Source: Usitatibacter sp. (GTDB lineage Bacteria; Pseudomonadota; Gammaproteobacteria; Burkholderiales; Usitatibacteraceae). Taken from it: a stretch of 64,000 bases of DNA. The translations under genes and the position numbers were made by a program. The stretch covers positions 16,956 to 80,955 of the forward strand of contig DATAMY010000185.1 in NCBI GenBank assembly GCA_036266535.1, written 5' to 3'. This document shows positions 47,256-57,222 of this stretch, in pieces. Within the stretch, counting starts at the first letter, position 1; every line of letters starts with the position of its first letter. Under the pieces are notes generated by a model, which had not been told where the DNA came from, did no database searches, and worked only from the letters and a program-made list of their open reading frames with translations.

Positions 47256-48067
47256 GCGAGCGTCGCGGGCGGCGTGGCCGGCGTGGCCGGCGCCGCATCC
47301 TCGGTAAAGATCGCGCGATAGGCGGCGTACGTCGAAGTGATGGCGAGAGGCATCCACACGAGCATCCCCAGCCCGAACGGGATCGCGGCCACGATCGCGA
47401 AGACGAGCATCACGAGGCCGTAGATCAGGAACGGCACGAAGTTCCGGAACGACGCGACGAAGCTCTGCTTCATCGCCTCAACCGGGCGCACGTCGTTCAT
47501 CACGACCAGCGCCGGCGCGAACCAGAACGCGGCGACGAGCGGGACCCAGAGCGCCAATGCGACGAGCCCGCCCAGCGCGAGGCCGAAGAAGGACTTCATC
47601 ACCGTCGCCACGACCTGCTGGGAGTCGCCCGTGAGGACGGCGCCCAGGATGGTGAAGCCCAGGAACGCCGCGAAGACGAGGAAGATCGCGATCGACCCGG
47701 CGAGGAAGAGGAGGCCCACGACCACGAGGTTCCCGAAGCGGATCCTGAAGCCCGCGAAGAGGTGCTCCAGCTCGAACTCCCCGCCCTGCTCGAGCGAGCG
47801 GCACGCCACCACGAACCCCGCCACGATCACCGCGTTCAGCGCCTGGAAGACGATGCCGCCGATGATGGGGATGAAGTTCATCACCACCGCCGCGACGAAG
47901 ACGATCAGCATGGAGAGGATCCACATGAGCGGGGCGCGCGTGAAGAGCCGCCAGCCGCGCGCGATCCAGGCCCAGCCCTCGCCCGCCGGAAGCGAGCGCG
48001 ACGGGGTCACCAGCGTGAGGCCGTCCGGCTGCGACGGCGTCGTCCATTCGGTCTGCGTCGCGCTCAT
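47252..48067 (-). CDS. BPSS1780-like membrane protein
   Basis: GWAWIARGWRLF, WFAPALV, YAAYRAIF. Confidence 0.75.
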   Translation of the reverse strand: MSATQTEWTTPSQPDGLTLVTPSRSLPAGEGWAWIARGWRLFTRAPLMWILSMLIVFVAAVVMNFIPIIGGIVFQALNAVIVAGFVVACRSLEQGGEFELEHLFAGFRIRFGNLVVVGLLFLAGSIAIFLVFAAFLGFTILGAVLTGDSQQVVATVMKSFFGLALGGLVALALWVPLVAAFWFAPALVVMNDVRPVEAMKQSFVASFRNFVPFLIYGLVMLVFAIVAAIPFGLGMLVWMPLAITSTYAAYRAIFTEDAAPATPATPPATLA

Positions 48068-48117
48068 GGCTCCTCCCGGGATGCCGGCGCGAGAAGCGTC
48101 GCGGCTCGCGGGCGAGA

Positions 48118-48597
48118 TTACTCCTCCAGCGCCACGTCAACAAGGACGGGGGAAAGCACGCGCGCGAGCTCCGCGGCGTCCATGCCGAGGAGGTAGCCGC
48201 GGCGCCCGCCGTTGATGTAGATCCGCGGGAGGTCCAGGACGGAGCGCTCCAGGTACACCGGCATGTGCCGGCGCGTGCCGAACGGGGACGTCCCGCCCAC
48301 GAGATAGCCGGAATGGCGCTGCGCCACCTCCGGCTTGCACGGGAAGATGCGCTTGGTGCCCACGCGCCGCGCGAGCTCCTTCGTGGAGACCTTGCGGTCG
48401 CCGTGCATGAGGACGATGAGCGGATCGCCGCGCTCCGTCTCCATGACGAGCGTCTTCACGACGTGATGCTCCGGCACGCCCAGCGCGCTCGAGGAGGCGG
48501 AGGTGCCGCCGTGCTCCACGTACTCGAAGGAGTGCTCCGAGTAATCCACTCCTTCCCGGGCGAGGACTTCGGTCGCCGGAGTCGCCGCGCCTTTCAT
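48118..48597 (-). CDS. ybaK: YbaK/EbsC aminoacyl-tRNA deacylase
   Basis: TPA, VVKTLV, GYLVGGTSPFG, INGGRRG. Confidence 0.9.
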   Translation of the reverse strand: MKGAATPATEVLAREGVDYSEHSFEYVEHGGTSASSSALGVPEHHVVKTLVMETERGDPLIVLMHGDRKVSTKELARRVGTKRIFPCKPEVAQRHSGYLVGGTSPFGTRRHMPVYLERSVLDLPRIYINGGRRGYLLGMDAAELARVLSPVLVDVALEE

Positions 48598-49361
48598 GGG
48601 ACGAGGAAGCGGGCGACGAGCCGCCAGAGGAGCGTCATGCCCGTGAAGACGAGGAGAGCGCCCACCACGCGGCGCATCTGCTCCTGCGAGAGGCCCAGGT
48701 GGATGCGCGTGCCGAGCGTGAGGCCCATCCAGACGAATGGGGCCAGGACGAGCGCGCCCAGGCCCACCGCGGCGTGGAGGAGGAGCCCGCTCACGGCGTA
48801 GATCACCGCGCGGCTGAAGGCGGAGATCGAGATCAGCGCCGACGTGCTCGCCCGCACCTGGCTCTTGTCGCCCAGGCGCGCGGAGAGATAGATCGCATAG
48901 ATGGGACCGCCCGCGCCGAACACCGTCGCGACCGCGCCGCCCACGAGGCCGACCGGCACCACCCACAGCCGCGAGACGCGCCGGTGCACGGCGGGATTCA
49001 GGATGCTGTAGCCGCCGAGCCCGATCGCGAAGACGCCGAGCGCGGTGCGCAGGTACTCGTCCGGCATCGTCTTCAGCACCGTCGCCCCGATCGCGAAGCC
49101 GCCGAGCATGAACGGGACCAGCCACTTGAGCTCCGCCTTCGAGACGTGCCGGCGGTTGGTGGTCCCCACGAAGCTCGAGACCGTGCAGTCGATGAGCGCC
49201 ATGAGCGGGACCAGGTACGAGACCGGAAGGTAATGCGCGAGGATCGGGACGGTGATCGCCGTCGCGCCGAAGCCGCTCAGGCCGAAGACGGTGTAGCCCA
49301 GGACCACCGCGAGCGGCGCCACGAGGAGAAGCCACGGCGAGAGGTGCGCGTAATCGATCAT
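48594..49361 (-). CDS. TauE/SafE-family (sulfite exporter-like) membrane protein
   Basis: GLSGFG, FGAGGP, about 8 TM. Confidence 0.82.
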   Translation of the reverse strand: MIDYAHLSPWLLLVAPLAVVLGYTVFGLSGFGATAITVPILAHYLPVSYLVPLMALIDCTVSSFVGTTNRRHVSKAELKWLVPFMLGGFAIGATVLKTMPDEYLRTALGVFAIGLGGYSILNPAVHRRVSRLWVVPVGLVGGAVATVFGAGGPIYAIYLSARLGDKSQVRASTSALISISAFSRAVIYAVSGLLLHAAVGLGALVLAPFVWMGLTLGTRIHLGLSQEQMRRVVGALLVFTGMTLLWRLVARFLVP

Positions 49362-50269
49362 CCCCGCGGGTGGTGCTTCGCGTGGAGCGCCTTCAGCCGC
49401 TCGCGGGCGACATGCGTGTAGATCTGCGTGGTCGAGATGTCGGCGTGTCCGAGGAGGAGCTGGACCACGCGCAGATCCGCCCCGTGGTTGATGAGGTGCG
49501 TCGCGAAGGCGTGGCGGAGCGTGTGCGGCGAGATCGCGCGCCCGATGCCGGCGGCGGCGGCGTGCCGCTTCACGAGCCCCCAGAACGCCTGGCGCGACAT
49601 CGCGCCGTCGCGCGCGGTCACGAAGAGCGCGTCCGACTTGCGTCCCGCGAGGAGCGCGGGCCGCGCCTTCGAGACGTAGCGCTGGATCCACTCGACCGCC
49701 TCCTCGCCCAACGGCGTGAGGCGCTCCTTCGATCCCTTTCCCATCACGCGCACCACGCCCATGTCGAGGCTCACCTGCGCGGGCTTCAGGCCCACGAGCT
49801 CCGAGACGCGCAGCCCGCTCGCGTAGAGCGTCTCCAGCATCGCGCGGTCGCGCAGTCCCGCGGGCGTCGAGACGTCCGGCGCGGCGAGGAGCGCCTCGAC
49901 CTCGGCTTCGGAGAGCGACTTGGGAAGCGAGCGCGGAAGCTTGGGACTCTCGAGGTCGGCCGCGGGATCGTCGGGACGCAGGCCCTCGCGCGTGGCGAAC
50001 GCGTAGAAGCGCCTGAGCGACGAGACCAGGCGCCCGGTGCTGCGCGGGCTCGCGTGCCGCGCCTCGACGCGCCAGGCGAGGTGGCGGTGGAGGTCGTCCG
50101 GCGCGGCGTCGAGGAGCGCCCGCCCGCGAGCGTCGTCCAGCCACGCGGCGAACGCCGCGAGGTCGCGGCGGTAGCTCGCGAGCGTGTTCCGCGCGAGGCC
50201 GTCGGCGAGCCAGAGGCCGTCGCAGAAGCGATCGAGCGCGCGGGCGTTCTTCTCAGAGAGCGCCTTCAT
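49358..50269 (-). CDS. xerD: Tyrosine recombinase XerD
   Basis: RDRAMLETLYASGLRVSEL, GKGSKER, SPHTLRHAFATH, LLGHADISTTQIYTHV, HHPRG. Confidence 0.95.
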   Translation of the reverse strand: MKALSEKNARALDRFCDGLWLADGLARNTLASYRRDLAAFAAWLDDARGRALLDAAPDDLHRHLAWRVEARHASPRSTGRLVSSLRRFYAFATREGLRPDDPAADLESPKLPRSLPKSLSEAEVEALLAAPDVSTPAGLRDRAMLETLYASGLRVSELVGLKPAQVSLDMGVVRVMGKGSKERLTPLGEEAVEWIQRYVSKARPALLAGRKSDALFVTARDGAMSRQAFWGLVKRHAAAAGIGRAISPHTLRHAFATHLINHGADLRVVQLLLGHADISTTQIYTHVARERLKALHAKHHPRG

Positions 50270-50741
50270 GCTCCAGGAGCCAGCGCTTGATGCCGAGCTC
50301 GAATCCCTCCGACTTGGCTCCCATGAAGCCGCCGATCGCGCGTCCCGCCGCGATCACGCGGTGGCAGGGCACCACGACGGGGAGGGGGTTCGCGCCGCAC
50401 GCCCCGCCCACCGCGCGCGCCGACGAGCCGAGCTCGAGCGCAAGCTCGCCGTAGCTGCGCGTGCGTCCGGCGGGAATGCGCTGCATCGCCTCCCACACCG
50501 CGAGGCGATGGTGCGTCCCCGCCAACGCGAGCGGAAGGTCGAACTCGAAGGCGGGCTCTTCGAGGTAGGCCTGGAGCTGCACGCACACGAGGTGCGCGAG
50601 CGAGCCCTTCTTCGGCGCGAGCGGCGCGACGGTGGGCGCGAGGAAGCGCACGCCGGTGAGGTGCGTGGCGCTCGTCGTGATGCCGAGCGTCGCGAACGGC
50701 GTCCGGACGCGCGCCTGGAATGCGTCGGCGGCCTCAGGCAT
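50253..50741 (-). CDS. ogt: Methylated-DNA-protein-cysteine methyltransferase
   Basis: RAVGGACGANP, VPCHRV. Confidence 0.92.
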   Translation of the reverse strand: MPEAADAFQARVRTPFATLGITTSATHLTGVRFLAPTVAPLAPKKGSLAHLVCVQLQAYLEEPAFEFDLPLALAGTHHRLAVWEAMQRIPAGRTRSYGELALELGSSARAVGGACGANPLPVVVPCHRVIAAGRAIGGFMGAKSEGFELGIKRWLLEHEGAL

Positions 50742-51756
50742 CGGCGGCCTCGCCGGCGAGCGCGCGGATGCGCGCGAGGAGCTCCGCCGGCACGACGATG
50801 CCCGCGGCGCGCGCCTTCTCGCGCTGCGCGATGCGGCGCGCGCCCGGCAGCCGCACGCCCGGATCCTCGAGCATCGCGGCGATGAGCGTCTCCACCCGCT
50901 CGAGGAACACCTCGCGGCCCGCGAGCGCGCCGGGGTCGATCGCGAGGAACGCCTGGCCGATGCGCGTGGGCTTCCCCTCGTCGGCGAAGAAGCTGTCCGA
51001 CTCGAAGCCGAAGGCGGCGCCGGAGAGCGCGCACGCGAGGAGCTCCACGGTAAGGGCGAGCATCGCGCCCTTGGGCCCGCCCGCCGGCAGCATCGAGCCC
51101 TCGAGCGCGGCCTTCGCGTCCGTGGTCGGCCGGCCTTCCTTGTCGACGGCCCAACCCTCGGGGATGGGCTTCCCGTCGCGGGCGGCCACCATGATCTTCC
51201 CGCGCGCGACCGCCGAGAGCGAAACGTCGATCACGAGCGGCGATCCGGCGCGCCGCGGAAACACCGCCGCCACGGGGTTCGTGCCGAAGAGCGCGCGGCG
51301 CCCGCCCCAGGCCGGCATCGCCGCGGGCGAGTTGCCGAACGCGAGGCCGACGAGGCCCGCCTCGGCGACCGGCTCCAGGTGATAGGCCGCGACGCCGAAA
51401 TGGTTGCTGTTGGCGACCGAGGCGAACGACACGCCGAACTCGCGCGCGCGCCGGATCGCCTCGCGCGCCGCGAGCGCGCAGGCCTCGAACGCGAGCCCGC
51501 CGCGGGCGTCCACGAGGCAGGCCGCGCGCGAGTCGCGGACCACGGCCGGCACGGCGGATCCGTTCGCGCGGCCGTTTCGCACGTGGCCGCAATACTGCGG
51601 GATGCGCGACGCGCCGTGGGAAGGAAGGCCTTCCATCTCCGCCGCCGCGAGCGCCCGCGCGGTCGCCCGCGCCATCGATTCCGTGGCGCCGGCGCGCCGA
51701 AGCGCGGAAGCCATCATGTGCTCCAGCTCCTCGACCGGGATCGCGCCCGCGCTCAT
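50734..51756 (-). CDS. Ldh_2-family oxidoreductase, ComC-like (sulfolactate/malate dehydrogenase)
   Basis: SHG, NSNHFG, FGTNP, GWAVD..G.PTTD, GGPKG, RLPG; overlaps stop of the flavoprotein gene. Confidence 0.82.
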   Translation of the reverse strand: MSAGAIPVEELEHMMASALRRAGATESMARATARALAAAEMEGLPSHGASRIPQYCGHVRNGRANGSAVPAVVRDSRAACLVDARGGLAFEACALAAREAIRRAREFGVSFASVANSNHFGVAAYHLEPVAEAGLVGLAFGNSPAAMPAWGGRRALFGTNPVAAVFPRRAGSPLVIDVSLSAVARGKIMVAARDGKPIPEGWAVDKEGRPTTDAKAALEGSMLPAGGPKGAMLALTVELLACALSGAAFGFESDSFFADEGKPTRIGQAFLAIDPGALAGREVFLERVETLIAAMLEDPGVRLPGARRIAQREKARAAGIVVPAELLARIRALAGEAADA

Positions 51757-53465
51757 GCCGCGACGAGCGTGGCGCCCGGGCGCACGCGCGTGAACTCGAC
51801 GGGCCGCCAGTCGATGTCGAAGCGCCCGCCGTGGAGCCGAACGCGGGAGTAGGCGGAGCGCGCGAGGTCGCCCGTCGCCGGGAAATCCTCGCGGAAATGC
51901 GCGCCGCGGGAATCTTCGCGCGCGAGGGCCGCGGTCGCGATCGCCGAGCTCACGGTGAGGAGGTTCGAGAGGTTGAGCCAATCATGCCAGGTGAGATTGT
52001 AGCGAAGGTCGCTTCCGGCGATCCCGGTCGCGTCGAGCTCCGCCCGCAGCTCCTCCAGGCGTCCCAGCGCGCGCGTGAGGCCCGCGGCATCGCGAAGGAT
52101 CCCCACGTCGTTCCACATCGCCTCGTAGAGCGCGTGGCGCACGCGCTCGATGTCGCCGGCGGGCCGGCCGAGCGGGAACCGCGCCCGCGCCTGGGCTTCC
52201 TCGAGCGCGCCCGCATCCGGTTCGCGCCATTCGCCCTCGCGCGGCGTCCACGCGGCCATGGAATCGCCCGCGATGCCGCCGAAGACCGTGGAGTTCGCGA
52301 CGCCGTTTCCGCCCAGGCGGTTCGCGCCGTGGACGCCGCCCGTGTCCTCGCCCGCGGCGAAGAGGCCCTCGAGCGCCGTGCGGCAGTCGGCCGCGAACTC
52401 CACGCCGCCCATCATGTAGTGCGCCGTCGGCACCACCTCGACCAGGCCGCCGGCCAGGTCGAAGCCGCAATCCTCGCAGCGCTCGACCATGCCCTTGAAC
52501 TGGCGCCGGACGTTGTCCGGGCCGAGGTGGGCCATCGAGATGTAGAGGCCGCCGCCCGCCGTGCCGCGCCCGGCCCGGATCTCCGAGAACATGCCGCGCG
52601 AGACGATGTCGCGCGTGGCGCGCTCGCCTCGTGGGTCGTAGCCCGCCATGAAGCGTTCCTTCGCCCCGTTCAGCAGGTAGCCGCCCGCGCCGCGCAGCCC
52701 CTCCTCGATGATGGTGCCGGTGAGCCGGGTGCCCTCGCCCGCGAGCACTCCCGTCGGGTGGAACTGCACCATCTCCATGTCGCGCAGGGTCAATCCCGCG
52801 CGCAGCGCCATCGCGAGCCCGTCGCAGCTCTTGTCGCCGGAGGGCGTGTGGTAGCGATACATCGTGGGACCCCCGCCCGTGGCGAGGAGGACCGCCTTCG
52901 CCTGCACGAAGACGAGCTCGCCCGTGCGCATGTCGATCATCGCGACGCCGGAAATCGCATTGCCGTCGCGGGCCTTCACGAGCTCGATCGCGCGATGCTC
53001 CTCGAGGCGCTCGACGCCGGCGACCCACACCTGCTCGGCGAGCCGGTTGATGATCTCGATCCCGGTGAGGTCGCCCTTGTGGACCGTGCGGTCGAAGGTC
53101 TGCCCGGCGAAGGCCTTCTGGTGGACGGTGCCGTCCGGGTTGCGATCGAAGAAGCAGCCCAGCTCGTTCTCGAGCTCCCGCACGCGCTCCACGGCCGTCG
53201 CCACGAGCGTCCACGCGAGGTCCTGGTCCGGAAGCCACTTCCCGCCCTCGATCGTGTCCATGAAGTGGCGCTCGACGGAATCGCCCGGGGCGAGCGCCAC
53301 GTTGTAGCCGCCCTGCACCATGCGGGTGCAGCCGCACTTGCCGAGGAGGCCCTTCACCGCGATCGTGACGGAGAGCCCGGGGGCGGCGCGTTTCGCGTGG
53401 AGCGCGGCGAAGAGGCCTGCGCCCCCGGAGCCCAGGACCAGGATGTCGGTGCGGATGCTTTTCAT
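51753..53465 (-). CDS. SdhA/FrdA/NadB-family flavoprotein (divergent)
   Basis: GSGGAG, QGG, ATGG, QFHPT, RDIVSR, HYMMGG, HGANRLGGN, REDSRGAH. Confidence 0.9.
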   Translation of the reverse strand: MKSIRTDILVLGSGGAGLFAALHAKRAAPGLSVTIAVKGLLGKCGCTRMVQGGYNVALAPGDSVERHFMDTIEGGKWLPDQDLAWTLVATAVERVRELENELGCFFDRNPDGTVHQKAFAGQTFDRTVHKGDLTGIEIINRLAEQVWVAGVERLEEHRAIELVKARDGNAISGVAMIDMRTGELVFVQAKAVLLATGGGPTMYRYHTPSGDKSCDGLAMALRAGLTLRDMEMVQFHPTGVLAGEGTRLTGTIIEEGLRGAGGYLLNGAKERFMAGYDPRGERATRDIVSRGMFSEIRAGRGTAGGGLYISMAHLGPDNVRRQFKGMVERCEDCGFDLAGGLVEVVPTAHYMMGGVEFAADCRTALEGLFAAGEDTGGVHGANRLGGNGVANSTVFGGIAGDSMAAWTPREGEWREPDAGALEEAQARARFPLGRPAGDIERVRHALYEAMWNDVGILRDAAGLTRALGRLEELRAELDATGIAGSDLRYNLTWHDWLNLSNLLTVSSAIATAALAREDSRGAHFREDFPATGDLARSAYSRVRLHGGRFDIDWRPVEFTRVRPGATLVAA

Positions 53466-53507
53466 GGGGTGTCCCTGACGAGACACCCATTTTAAGGCGC
53501 GGAGGCC

Positions 53508-54716
53508 CTAGGCGCGCGCCTCGAGCACCCAAAGGCGCGCGATGTCCGCGGCGCCGTCGCTTCCCTTGACCGTCTTGAACGTCTGGACCGCGCGGGCCTT
53601 GTGGCCGGCCTGGAGCTCCGCCTCGCCCAGGAGGAGCTTCGCGTCCTCCGGGCGCTTGAGTCCGCCCTTCTTGATCCCCTTCTGGATGAGGTCGAGGCCC
53701 TTGTCCGCGTTGCCCTCGTAGACGTAGCTGAGGCCCACCTTCACGAGGTCGCCGCCGTCGCGCGCGGCGAGCGCGTCCTTCTCTTCCTGCGCGCGGTTCT
53801 TCTGCGACTCCGCGAGCGTCTTCGCGACCAGGTCGCGCAGGCGCTGCTGGCGCGCCGCCTCGCCGCCCTTGCCGAGGACGCCCGCGGCATAGCCCTTGTC
53901 CATCACGATCTTCGCTTCCGCCGGGACGCCCGCCTGGAGGGCGAGCTGTGCCAGCTCCATGTAGTCGTTCGCGCTGGTGAGGTTGCCCGTGGCGAGCCGC
54001 AGCTTGTAGACGTGCACGGCGAGCCGGTCCGAGAACCCGGGCTTCCTCTGCACGCGGGCGAGCATCTCGGTCCAGTACTCCTTCTTCGGGTAGTGGATGA
54101 TCAACCGCTCCGTCGCGGCCACGTACCCGGCGTCGTCCTTCTCCTTCCGGTAGCAGCTGCGGAGGATCTCGAGGTCCTCCTCGCTGGGCTTCCTGCTCTC
54201 CTCGTCGGCGGCGCCGCCCAGCATCCTGCTCACCGACGCGCAGTCGTTCCCGAGGTAGTAGCTCTGGAGGAGCACCGTGCGCATGGCGGGCGCCGTGCCG
54301 CCGTCCTTGAAGTAGCGCTGCGCCCACTGCGCCGACTTCGAGTATTCCTTGAGCTTGTAGTAGTCGACCGCGACCGCCTCGACCAATTGCAGCTGGTCGC
54401 GGCCGGTGACCTTGCCCGAGGCGAGCACCGCCTCGAACGCCTTCACCGCCGCGGCGTAGTCGCCCGCCGCGTGCTCGGCGCTCCCGCGCATCTGCTGGAT
54501 GAGGAAGCTCTCGTAGGCGGTCTTGTTCGGGATCGCGTCCGCTTCCGAGATCCTCGCGAGGGCTTCCTTCGCCCGGCCGGCCTTGAGCGCCGCTTCCGCG
54601 GCCTTCAGCGGCTTGCCGACGTCCGGCCGGACGGTGTCGGCCGCGAACGCCGCGTGGGCGCCGAAGGCGAGGACGATCGCGGCGATCGCCGCGCGCGCAC
54701 GGGGGAGGCGGCTCAT
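53508..54716 (-). CDS. Secreted TPR-like protein associated with the TonB system
   Basis: Signal ending AFA, helical repeats; downstream of exbD genes. Confidence 0.7.
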   Translation of the reverse strand: MSRLPRARAAIAAIVLAFGAHAAFAADTVRPDVGKPLKAAEAALKAGRAKEALARISEADAIPNKTAYESFLIQQMRGSAEHAAGDYAAAVKAFEAVLASGKVTGRDQLQLVEAVAVDYYKLKEYSKSAQWAQRYFKDGGTAPAMRTVLLQSYYLGNDCASVSRMLGGAADEESRKPSEEDLEILRSCYRKEKDDAGYVAATERLIIHYPKKEYWTEMLARVQRKPGFSDRLAVHVYKLRLATGNLTSANDYMELAQLALQAGVPAEAKIVMDKGYAAGVLGKGGEAARQQRLRDLVAKTLAESQKNRAQEEKDALAARDGGDLVKVGLSYVYEGNADKGLDLIQKGIKKGGLKRPEDAKLLLGEAELQAGHKARAVQTFKTVKGSDGAADIARLWVLEARA

Positions 54717-54732
54717 CGATCGGGCCTTTCGC

Positions 54733-55158
54733 TCAGTCCAGGAACTGCTCGGCGCCGATCAGCCCCATCTTCGTGACGCCGTCGCGCTGGGCCGCCGCCA
54801 TCACGTGCGCCACGTACTTGTAGGTGACGAGCTTGTTGGGGCGGATGTGGAATTCCGGCTGCGGCGATTGCGTCGCCGCGCCGCGGAAGCGGGCGTCCAG
54901 GTCGTCGTTCGTGACCTGCTCGCCGTTCCACATGGTGGTGCCGTCGAAGTCGATGTCGAGCGTCACGACCTCCGGCGGCACCGTGGGCGGCGGGGGAGTC
55001 CCGACCGGCATGTTGAGCTTCACCGCGTGGGTCTGGATCGGGATGGTGATGATCAGCATGATGAGCAGCACCAGCATCACGTCGATCAACGGCGTCGTGT
55101 TGATGTCCACCATCACATCGGGGTCGGCCGAGCTTCCGCTGCCTACGGTCATTGCCAT
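54733..55158 (-). CDS. exbD: ExbD/TolR
   Basis: INTTPLIDVMLVLLIMLII. Confidence 0.9.
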   Translation of the reverse strand: MAMTVGSGSSADPDVMVDINTTPLIDVMLVLLIMLIITIPIQTHAVKLNMPVGTPPPPTVPPEVVTLDIDFDGTTMWNGEQVTNDDLDARFRGAATQSPQPEFHIRPNKLVTYKYVAHVMAAAQRDGVTKMGLIGAEQFLD

Positions 55159-55176
55159 GTCGCGTTCCTTTGGGGC

Positions 55177-55623
55177 CTAGCCGCCGGCCGCCGCCGAGCG
55201 TACGGGCGGCTCCGTGATGAAGCCGATCTTGAGGATCGAGGCGCGCTGCAGCGTCGCGACCACGCGCCCGACCGACTCGTAGCGCGTGTCCTGGTCGGCG
55301 CGGATGTGGACCTCGGGCTGCGGCTTGATCACCGCGATCGTCTTCAGCCGCTCGAAGAGCTCCTTCGAATCCTTCACGTATTCCCGGTTCCAGAACACGT
55401 CGCCGTCCTTGTTGATGGCGATCACGATGTTCTCCGGCTTGGTCTGCGTGGGGACGTTGCGCTCCTTCGGGAGCGTGAGCGGGACCTGCTGCACCACGAC
55501 CGGGATGGTGATGAGGAAGATGATGAGCAGCACCAGCATCACGTCGACCAGCGGCGTGGTGTTGATGGCGGCCATCACGTCCTGCTCGCCTTCCGAGACG
55601 TCCTGCCCGACGGTCATCGCCAT
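55177..55623 (-). CDS. exbD: ExbD/TolR
   Basis: INTTPLVDVMLVLLIIFLI, IRADQ. Confidence 0.9.
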   Translation of the reverse strand: MAMTVGQDVSEGEQDVMAAINTTPLVDVMLVLLIIFLITIPVVVQQVPLTLPKERNVPTQTKPENIVIAINKDGDVFWNREYVKDSKELFERLKTIAVIKPQPEVHIRADQDTRYESVGRVVATLQRASILKIGFITEPPVRSAAAGG

Positions 55624-55642
55624 GGTCGTTCCCGGCCCGGCG

Positions 55643-56548
55643 TTATCGGGCGGCCGCGACGGGTGCGGCCGCGGGACGCGGCTTCGTGCCCCCGCTGATG
55701 AGGACCATGTGCAGGTCCGCGCCGAACGCGCGCAGCTGCTCGAGCGCGACCTTGTTCCGGCGCACCAGCCAGTTGTAGCCCAGCACCGCCGGCACGGCGA
55801 CCGCGAGGCCGAAGGCCGTCATGATGAGCGCCTCGCCCACGGGACCTGCGACCTTGTCGATCGAGGCCTGGCCCGCGATGCCGATGGCGGTGAGGGCGTG
55901 GTAGATCCCCCACACCGTGCCGAAGAGGCCGACGAACGGCGCCGTGGAGCCCACGGTCGCGAGGAACGCGAGCCCGTCCTGCAGGCGCGAGGCGACGTTG
56001 TCGACCGCGCGCTGGATGGACATCGTGACCCACGTGTTGAGGTCGACCTGCTCCAAGAGCTTCCCGGTGTGGTGCGAGCTCGCCTTGATGCCGCTGTCCG
56101 CGATGTAGCGGTACGCGGTGCCGTCCTTCAGGCCCGCGGCGCCTTCGGTCACGCTCCCGGCGGTGAAGAACGACTGCGCGGCGCGCGCCTGGCGGAAGAG
56201 CTTCGCCTGCTCGTAGACCTTCACGAACATGATGTACCAGCTCCCCATCGACATGATCACGAGGATGATCAGCGTGCCGCGGGAGACGAAGTCGCCGCCC
56301 TTCCAGAGCGCCTCGAGCCCGTACGGGTTCTCGACGACCTCCTTGTCCGCGACGGGCGGCGGGGGCTGCGGCGTGGGCGCGGCGGCCTTCGCGGCGTCCG
56401 GGGCCGGGGCGGCCGCGTTGGCCGCGGGCTGCGCGTCGGCGCCGGTCGCCGCCTGGGCGAGCGCCGGGGCGGGGGCGAGCGCGAAGCCGGCCGCGCACGC
56501 GACGAGGATCGCGGCCGCGAGGGCGGGCAGTCGGTTGAATGGGTTCAT
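55643..56548 (-). CDS. exbB: ExbB/MotA/TolQ proton channel
   Basis: LATVGSTAPFVGLFGTVWGI, EALIMTAFGL. Confidence 0.92.
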   Translation of the reverse strand: MNPFNRLPALAAAILVACAAGFALAPAPALAQAATGADAQPAANAAAPAPDAAKAAAPTPQPPPPVADKEVVENPYGLEALWKGGDFVSRGTLIILVIMSMGSWYIMFVKVYEQAKLFRQARAAQSFFTAGSVTEGAAGLKDGTAYRYIADSGIKASSHHTGKLLEQVDLNTWVTMSIQRAVDNVASRLQDGLAFLATVGSTAPFVGLFGTVWGIYHALTAIGIAGQASIDKVAGPVGEALIMTAFGLAVAVPAVLGYNWLVRRNKVALEQLRAFGADLHMVLISGGTKPRPAAAPVAAAR

Positions 56549-56595
56549 GGGGATTCTCCTGTTCTGGACGGGCGCTCAGGCCGAGCGAGGACGGT

Positions 56596-57222
56596 TCAGT
56601 CCTTGAGGTTGAAGACGATCTCGTACTCGCCGATGAAGCCGACGGGTTCGGGGTTGAACTTCCACTGGGATAGGGCGCGGATCACTTCACGGTCGAAGAT
56701 CCGGTTGGTCGAGCTGCGGATCTCCACGTTCGTCACGTTCCCGGCGGGCGCCACGTGCACCCACGCCACGACGCGCCCGTTGATGCCGCGCCGGATGGCG
56801 TCGCGCGGGAAGGTGGGCTCCACGCGGTAGCTCGCCTTGTATTCCTTCCGCACGGCGGCCTGCGGCGGGGCGACCGGCGTCGGCCGCGCCACAGGCGGCG
56901 GGCCGGGCGGCGGGGGCGTCGTCGTCACCGTGGTGATGGTGGGCGGCGGCGTCACCTTCGGGATCTCGATGTTGATCTCGGGCGGCGGGATGAACGGCGG
57001 CGGCGGCGCGGCGAGCTTCGGCGGCGGGGGCGGGGGGACATCCGGAGGAGGCTTCTTGATCTCCTCGATGATCTTCGTCTCGATCGGCGCCTTCATCACC
57101 TCGATCACGCGCCGGGCGAGGCCGTTCACGAGGGCCCAGCCGATGACGATGTGCAGGACGATGACCGCGAGAATGCTGGGCGCGTGCCTCCCCCAGCTTC
57201 TCTGCTGTTGCGCGTAATCCAC
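56596..57222 (-). CDS. tonB: Energy transducer TonB
   Basis: N-terminal TM with His, Pro-rich linker, C-terminal FP..A..G.V..WKF. Confidence 0.9.
   Translation of the reverse strand: MDYAQQQRSWGRHAPSILAVIVLHIVIGWALVNGLARRVIEVMKAPIETKIIEEIKKPPPDVPPPPPPKLAAPPPPFIPPPEINIEIPKVTPPPTITTVTTTPPPPGPPPVARPTPVAPPQAAVRKEYKASYRVEPTFPRDAIRRGINGRVVAWVHVAPAGNVTNVEIRSSTNRIFDREVIRALSQWKFNPEPVGFIGEYEIVFNLKD

Noticed and set aside
49358-50269. Tyrosine recombinase as an island integrase
   Set aside because: Sequence is typical chromosomal XerD next to ogt; no att sites or mobile genes
56860-57050. Low-complexity C/G repeats
   Set aside because: Normal proline-rich TonB linker
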